A stretch of 64,000 nucleotides of DNA from Eledone cirrhosa (lineage: Eukaryota): the NCBI GenBank assembly GCA_964016885.1, contig OZ024749.1, forward strand, positions 4,092,001 to 4,156,000. Reading direction: 5' to 3'. The notes below the pieces were generated by a model, which was given only the letters and a program-made list of their open reading frames with translations, did no database searches and was not told where the DNA came from. Of this stretch, positions 56,339 through 64,000 are shown piece after piece; position 1 is the first letter of the stretch; the number at the start of each line of letters is the position of its first letter. A program made the position numbers and the translations under genes.

Positions 56339-56720
56339 ATAAGTGGTTTGATGCAAAAATGCTCTAAAGTATAATCACCTCAATCGCCCTTTTAGGCACA
56401 CAAAAAATTAGATCAATTTATCGGGAGTGATTTATGATAGGAAATTAGATCGGTATAATGATGTATACATGGAATTAAATGCAAGTATTTCTACCCCGAT
56501 GCCCTCAAGTACTCAATATATATACATATATATATATATATATTGAGTAGTTGAGGGCATCGGGGTCAAAATACTTGCATTTAATTCCATGTATACATCA
56601 TTATACCGATCTAATTTCCTATCATAAATCACTCCCGATAAATTGATCTAATTTTTTGTGTGCCTAAAAGGGCGATTGAGGTGATTATACTTTAGAGCAT
56701 TTTTGCATCAAACCACTTAT
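56339..56720. repeat. Inverted repeat, 178-bp arms around a central (TA)n
   Basis: 56339-56516 vs 56543-56720, about three mismatches by eye. Confidence 0.9.
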
Positions 56721-56987
56721 CTACCGGGGCCTTATCCTACGGCTTTGGTAACAGGTTTTATATTAATGTCCGGGGATTACTCAACATAGCATTTACCTGT
56801 ATCTTTAAGAATGTCACGGTGAAGATATCCATGGACCTACCTTTGTAGATTATCGAATTATATTAATGGTAATGTGCGTTTATTTTCATGGATCTAAACT
56901 GCGCAGTACACGTGCTTTTCGGATGTTCATAATTTAACGTTGCCAGGTAAACATTTCAAAACCCTCTTTTATTTATTTCAACAATGC

Positions 56988-57093
<106 letters not shown>

Positions 57094-57159
57094 AACAGAT
57101 TAAAGTTTATGCAAAGAATCCCTGCGTTCACCCTTATATATATATATATATATATATAA

Positions 57160-57765
57160 TGGCTGCCAACTCGTTTTCGAGTACGGCCACTACCTGATAT
57201 CCATCTAGAAGAACCCCTACCGATGCGCTGGACGAGTGTGACTTTTTAGTCCAGCCAGCGACTTGGAAACTCTGGTACAAACACTACACTTGTGACAATT
57301 ATTGACACATAGTACTGGGCCCATGGTACCATGTGAGGACAAGTGCAGAGAGATCTCCAGATATAAAGCAATGCCTGTGCTGTGAAGCTTTCATAGTGAG
57401 CAAAGGCACTGCACAAAGCCAGTCCCACTCTCTTAACCAAGATGATATTTACCAATAAGAAGAACAAGTCAACATCAATGGCTTCCATCACGGTTGCAGG
57501 TGTTATATCAGAGTTTCCATTCTCCTAGAATTCTGCCTTGACAAAGGCTAAAGGATCATCTCTCCCGGTGATTTTGGATGGCCATTGACTCTTAAGAGCT
57601 CCTGTGCTCTTTGACAGGTTTTGTTTTTAGTCCTACAGGATGTCCAAAGACACCCTCCTCACCATGAAACCTTGGTGGGGTTGCCAGTTTAGTCACCGAC
57701 GACCCGACCATGAGACAGGTTGTACTGGGATACATGTTACCAGCAGCACCAACTGGTGACCTGAC
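57160..57765 (-). mobile_element. Probable RTE-derived 5'UTR / non-autonomous repeat between (TA)n tracts
   Basis: GC-richer block with RTE-5'UTR-like sequence (gactaaactggcaacccc..aaaacctg; ttagcctttgtcaaggcag..ctaggagaa); recognition from memory only. Confidence 0.4.
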
Positions 57766-57872
57766 ATATATATATATATAAATATGTATATATATAGATA
57801 TGTATATATATATACATATATACATATATGCATATATACATACATACATATATATATAATTAAATATATTAT

Positions 57873-58150
57873 ATCCAAGAAGTGTAACTTGGAGCTACTG
57901 TAGGTTCTCCCTTGTGAGCACTCGATGCTAAGGTTCACTTCAGATTCGAGGTGTAGAGCTAGACAGAGTGTATTATAGTGAAATAAAATAACAGGGACGA
58001 TTGGTTACTCCTTCATTACGTTTATTGGTTGGTGACGCGCGTTTCGCCACTGATCAGCTCAAGGTTCGATCTGTATTGATCTGACTTGACTCTGATATCC
58101 GCGGTTTGTCAGAACCCTTGTAACATTAATGGAAGAATGAATACATGGTG
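57873..58150 (-). mobile_element. Penelope-type pLTR fragment
   Basis: Minus strand GAAAC-GCGC-GTC-ACC followed by AATAAA and a tail to (TA)n; the 5' half of the HHR core is not recognisable. Confidence 0.55.
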
Positions 58151-58156
58151 TATATA

Positions 58157-58296
<140 letters not shown>

Positions 58297-58301
58297 AATA
58301 T

Positions 58302-58530
<229 letters not shown>

Positions 58531-58760
58531 CAGAGTGAGGTGCGTAGTTAGGTTGTTGACTAGATTTTCAAATAATTCGATAGTTAAATAAGGGGATATA
58601 TATATTTAAGTAATCGATCGTTAGAACGATCGATCAATAGATATATAGATAGATACATAGTTATACAAATAGACTAGACTGGTACATACATATATATAGA
58701 GAGTTAGTGATGTCACGAAACAATCAGGTTGCGACATGAAAATATGTTTTTCTACATATC

Positions 58761-59030
58761 GTGCAGGCGCGTGATATACTGGTGTGCTGGACTTTCGATC
58801 ATAATGTTGTGGGTTCGATTCCTGGGCTGGGCTGCGTGTTGCCTTCTTAAGCAAAACACTTCAATTGACGTTGCTTCAGACTACTCAGCTGAAAATGAGT
58901 ACCAACAATATCTGGGGGTTTAACCCTGCGATTGACAGGTGCCCTGTCTACAGCGTGTCTTGTACTCTTACTCGCTTCAAGAAATGAAACCGGGATAAAC
59001 CCGGTCTAACGAGCTTTAAATAGCTTAAGA
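58761..59030 (+). mobile_element. tRNA-derived SINE
   Basis: B box GGTTCGATTCC at ~58812, CORE-like cttaagcaaaacactt, then aaccctgcgattgac..gaaaccgggataa. Confidence 0.7.
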
Positions 59031-59472
59031 CAGACTTTAGACATTCGATTTCTAGATACAAAGATAGGTTAAATGTTGATACTATATATATGTATATATT
59101 TTGATATATAGTGGGGAGGGTCCGCGTCTTTGTTTACATTCGTGTCTGTGTTTATGGCTTATGTTCCGGAAATTGCAGTGCGATAGAAAACAATGATTGA
59201 CAGAAGGACCAGACAATTATATATCTCAACGTGGCTACCGTCTAATGGGGCCAGTGCACATTACACAAACTATAATAATAATTTGATAGAAATACCACAT
59301 ACATTCACCCTATTATGTACGTAGATATATGTAGATTAGGTCAAAATGCTATTTTTTATGTTATCTCACCCACTTTCCAACTAGGTGTCAGTGACAATAT
59401 GACTTACGCAGGGTCTCTAACATTCATTCCACTTATTCTCTGAGGTCAGGAATTAAGAAAAAAAATGTTTCC

Positions 59473-59544
59473 ATGAAAATGTTGGCATCGATACAGATTC
59501 CTACACTATTACTATTCTCTTGTTGCCATGCCGATCCTATCAAT
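59473..59544 (+). CDS. Candidate first coding exon of a secreted protein (signal peptide)
   Basis: Acceptor ..cactttccaactag| (exon from 59385), ATG 59473, MKMLASIQIPTLLLFSCCHADPIN, donor AAT|GTAAGT. Confidence 0.4.
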
Positions 59545-59694
59545 GTAAGTAATTATTATGTATATTAATGGTACGTATAGACACACACGTACACACGTAC
59601 ACACGACGTCGTAATCTATGTTCTTTGTATGCTTATTGTAATGGCTCTTTCTCACATCAAACACCTATGGCTGCAGGCTCAATAAATAAATAAT

Positions 59695-59796
59695 GAAGAA
59701 GAAAACGAAGAATAAGACGTAGAAGAAGAAGAAGAAGAAGAAGAAGAAGAAGAAGAAGAAGAAGAAGAAGAAGAAGAAGAAGAAGAAGAATATAAC

Positions 59797-59831
<35 letters not shown>

Positions 59832-59853
59832 GAATAATAATAATAATAATAAT
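59695..59853. repeat. (GAA)n/(AAT)n microsatellite
   Basis: Directly visible; no Dong element adjacent. Confidence 0.95.
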
Positions 59854-60138
59854 AGAGAGGGAGGCGAAATGATTACAAAAAGTAATAAAGAAATAAAGAA
59901 AGAATTCGAGAAAGAAAAAGAAAAATACTATGAAATACTATAAACAAAAATAAACAATAAAAGTAAGAAATCAAAATAATAAATACGAAATAAAATACAT
60001 AGAAAACAACAATAAAAGAGGCATTGCTATATCGTATCTGCTATAGAGGAAGATATCAATACGTGAGAGCAAAGGAGAGAATTACATGAAATAAAATATT
60101 TACAAATGGAACGTGTGTGATGTGTATTATAACAAATT

Positions 60139-60302
<164 letters not shown>

Positions 60303-60305
60303 ATA

Positions 60306-60437
<132 letters not shown>

Positions 60438-60650
60438 TGTATATATATATATTTGCTCTGTAGCTGTTCATTTGCTTTGGCACACTTCCAAATGATCATT
60501 CAACAGCATACACTGGCACGACCCTTCTAGCGATAATTTTCTCCTTTTCACTAGAACTAACGCCAGCTCACACACACGCACACACACACACACACACACA
60601 TATGCATACATACATACATATATTTATATGTGTGTATATACATTTATATG

Positions 60651-60725
<75 letters not shown>

Positions 60726-61257
60726 CTTTGGTAAAGTTAATTCTCTCAATCCTCTAAATATATATATACATATACATATATATATACATATATATATATA
60801 TTAGTATATATGGTAGTGGTTATATGATAGTCGGTGAAGGGAGTTAATTCAGAAACGACCCATAAGGTGGTAACTCAATTCAGCTCATTGTTTGCTAGAT
60901 GACTAAGTTTTCTTTTCAGACACCATTCGCAACACCGCCGGTACTAACATACAATATATTTGCCTACCATACATATACATCCATACAAATAACCACATAT
61001 CTAAAATCTTTATGTGTGTTCGAGCGTATGTGAATTTGTTCCAGAATGTGTGTTTCGATATATCTTTGTATATAAAACGCATGGTCTCATTTTTAGTTTG
61101 ACCACTGATTTGTCAGGTTGGAGAAATTGCGTATCACTTTTTATTAGATTTAATCAAGAAGAATTCAAATTCCATCGATACGTGTTCGGTATGACAGCAT
61201 GCCCAGACGTGGACCATGTAATGGAGCAATTTACTGCTCATTTATTAGCTATATATG

Positions 61258-61393
<136 letters not shown>

Positions 61394-61451
61394 AAAGTCC
61401 TATTTAAAATTTTTGGGATACAACAAATAAATATATATATATTTATATATA

Positions 61452-61589
<138 letters not shown>

Positions 61590-61710
61590 AATATATATAT
61601 ATATATTGGAAAATGTGTCAGATCCTTGGTATAGTTAGGTATATTTCAAAATAAGGAAAATAATGACTTCACTTCTAGTGTTAAGCAATTTATGATTTAA
61701 TGTTATGATA

Positions 61711-61832
61711 TAATTGTTTCCACTTTAGGCACAAGGCCAGCAATTACCCAGTGCATTACTGGTACTTTATTTTATAGACCCCGTAAAGATGAAAGGTAAA
61801 GTCAACCTCGGCGGGATTTCAACTCAGAATGT
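61711..61832 (-). mobile_element. SINE, family of 13937-14050
   Basis: Reverse-complement match. Confidence 0.7.
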
Positions 61833-61917
61833 TATAATATACTATTATAATATTATAACATTAAATCATAAATGTTTTAACACTACAAGTGAAGTTATTC
61901 TTTTCCATTTTTTTTCA

Positions 61918-61949
<32 letters not shown>

Positions 61950-62024
61950 CATATATACATATATATAAATATATACATATATAAATAAATATATATACAT
62001 ATGTATCTGTGTATTTCTTGTTAT

Positions 62025-62070
<46 letters not shown>

Positions 62071-62133
62071 GTGTGTGTGTGTTTATACATATATATATAT
62101 ATACATACATATATATAATGTGTGTGTGTGTTG

Positions 62134-62197
<64 letters not shown>

Positions 62198-62204
62198 TAT
62201 ATAA

Positions 62205-62550
62205 AAATTATCGGTCTACATGGCTGAACATAATAGATGTAATCTGAGCTTTTCGAATATTAATAATAACAATATTCGATTCGTTGCAATCATGTAAACA
62301 GCCTCTTTCTTTTTTAAAGGCATGCGAGTAGAATGAACCCCCCTTCCTTGCTCTTTTGTAAGCATTAATGTTTCAGTGTATCACCCTTCATCAGTGGATT
62401 TCACTGTTCACCTACCAACTGTCAGAGCTAATGAAAATATATATTTTCTAAAATATACAGCGACAGATCTGCCTGATTTGCACATTAGCCTACTGGCTGA
62501 TCGCCCTGCTAATATGCATATCGAATGTTATTGATAATATTCAAAAAATT
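62205..62550. mobile_element. Old fold-back element with HHR remnant
   Basis: Short arms ~62248-62290 / ~62515-62548; minus-strand ctgatgaagggtgatacactgaaac at ~62370-62394. Confidence 0.45.
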
Positions 62551-62551
62551 A

Positions 62552-62644
<93 letters not shown>

Positions 62645-62813
62645 TAATATAAGATCAAAAGAGTTCCATGTTTTAACCATCTTTTGATTTCATATTATTT
62701 ATAATCCAGTCCTATAAATTGTAGAGTGCTACTTATCCGATATTTGCATTGCTTTATTGTGCTACAATAAAACACACCTCCTACATTATATATATATAAA
62801 TGTATGTATGTAT

Positions 62814-62888
<75 letters not shown>

Positions 62889-63693
62889 TGTGCGTGCGTG
62901 TGTGTGTATGTGTGTGTGTGTTTGTTTCTGTGTGTGTGTGTGTGAAATTGTGGATGTGTAATGAAAAGAAGAAGCTTTTAAATGTATATATTAGTCTGAA
63001 ATTTCAACATCAAAAACACAGGTCATAGTTCCTTATAACTATATATTCATGTCCTTCGCTATATGTGGAAAGCTACAACTTAAAGTACTGTCACGAAGAA
63101 TTATCACGTAATGTTTTACATACGTAGCTATGGATGTTTTATAAAAGATATGTATGAAAACAACTGAAGCTGTTGAATTTGGATGATTATCGAATTTACA
63201 CTTGCTGAATTTTGTATGATATGTAATCGAACTCGGGACGTATTGATTATTATGATAACGTCTTAAGCAATCAGACGTACTAGATACACAAAAGCTAATA
63301 CTGAAACCTATCGCAAAATCCTGCTAAAATAAAAATGCTTTATACCTAGTCGATATCTCGGGCTTTTACGAAGGGCTGAGATGATTATGCTAAAAATGAA
63401 AATAGGGTGATGTGCTCAAGCAGGGAGATGCTATAGAATCGCATTTAAAAATAGGGTGGATACACTTTGAATCGGCAAAATATGTTACCACCGGCCAGAT
63501 ACGAGGCTCGCCTTCCTGTGTTGTCCGATACCAACTTTGTTTCCGTCTGTCATCCAATACTTGTTGTATATATTCGTTGCATTGTATTAATCGATGGATT
63601 TAACATAAAATAATATACAAGTAATACAATAGGGGGAATATAGTAGGAATGGGAAAATGCCAGATATAATTTTATTTTATTTCCCTCTAATAG

Positions 63694-63795
63694 TTTTGTG
63701 TGGAGAAAGGAGCAGTTCTTATGGCATTTGCCAGGCCCTGTGAGACTAGAATGATCGATGTGGTTGATTTCAACTTTATGATGAATATAGGATGA
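63694..63795 (+). CDS. Possible second coding exon of the 59473 gene (ends in TGA or is frameshifted)
   Basis: Strong acceptor ttttattttatttccctctaatag|; phase-0 join gives FCVEKGAVLMAFARPCETRMIDVVDFNFMMNIG*. Confidence 0.25.
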   Translation, partial: FCVEKGAVLMAFARPCETRMIDVVDFNFMMNIG

Positions 63796-64000
63796 TGATT
63801 GGATGACTGCAGTCAGTGGCTTATTATATACCATTAAAGTTAAAGTAGAAATGAAACACAAATCAGATGGGACTACTTTTGTATTTCGGTCATATTTCTC
63901 ATATTTCTGATGATGTATATTGATGTATATAACAGTCGCATTAACGGCAGAAATTGACTCCTCTTCTTGACAATGCGTCTGTTGGTAAAAAGCGATGAAT

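Noticed and set aside
56545-56630. RT-like peptide FNSMYTSL in the palindrome arm
   Set aside because: A single short motif followed by a stop; insufficient evidence.
63400-63475. RTE RT-like peptide GDVLKQG..IGWIHF
   Set aside because: Too short and diverged to support.

Overview
AT-rich animal genomic DNA, probably an octopod cephalopod (inferred from the SINE/RTE repeat types and extreme (TA)n load). It is almost entirely repeats; most listed ORFs are microsatellite or antisense artefacts. (1) 30.9-45.1 kb holds a head-to-tail array of five R4/Dong-clade non-LTR retrotransposons (RT + restriction-like endonuclease) from two families, joined through (AAT)n tails. One has an intact 1130-aa ORF, and both families share a 5' leader module. 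(2) At least a dozen fold-back (inverted-repeat) mini-elements sit in (TA)n tracts. Many carry type I hammerhead ribozyme (HHR) motifs, including a C3U/G8A-compensated core and a near-perfect 127-bp palindrome with an HHR on each strand. One family is physically linked to a Naiad-type Penelope GIY-YIG remnant, and unrelated families share a short motif near their 3' ends. (3) There are RTE-clade LINE relics (one full-length, one with twin-priming inversion geometry) and tRNA-derived SINEs. (4) A candidate signal-peptide exon of a host secreted-protein gene lies near 59.5 kb. All alignments and RNA folds were done by eye.
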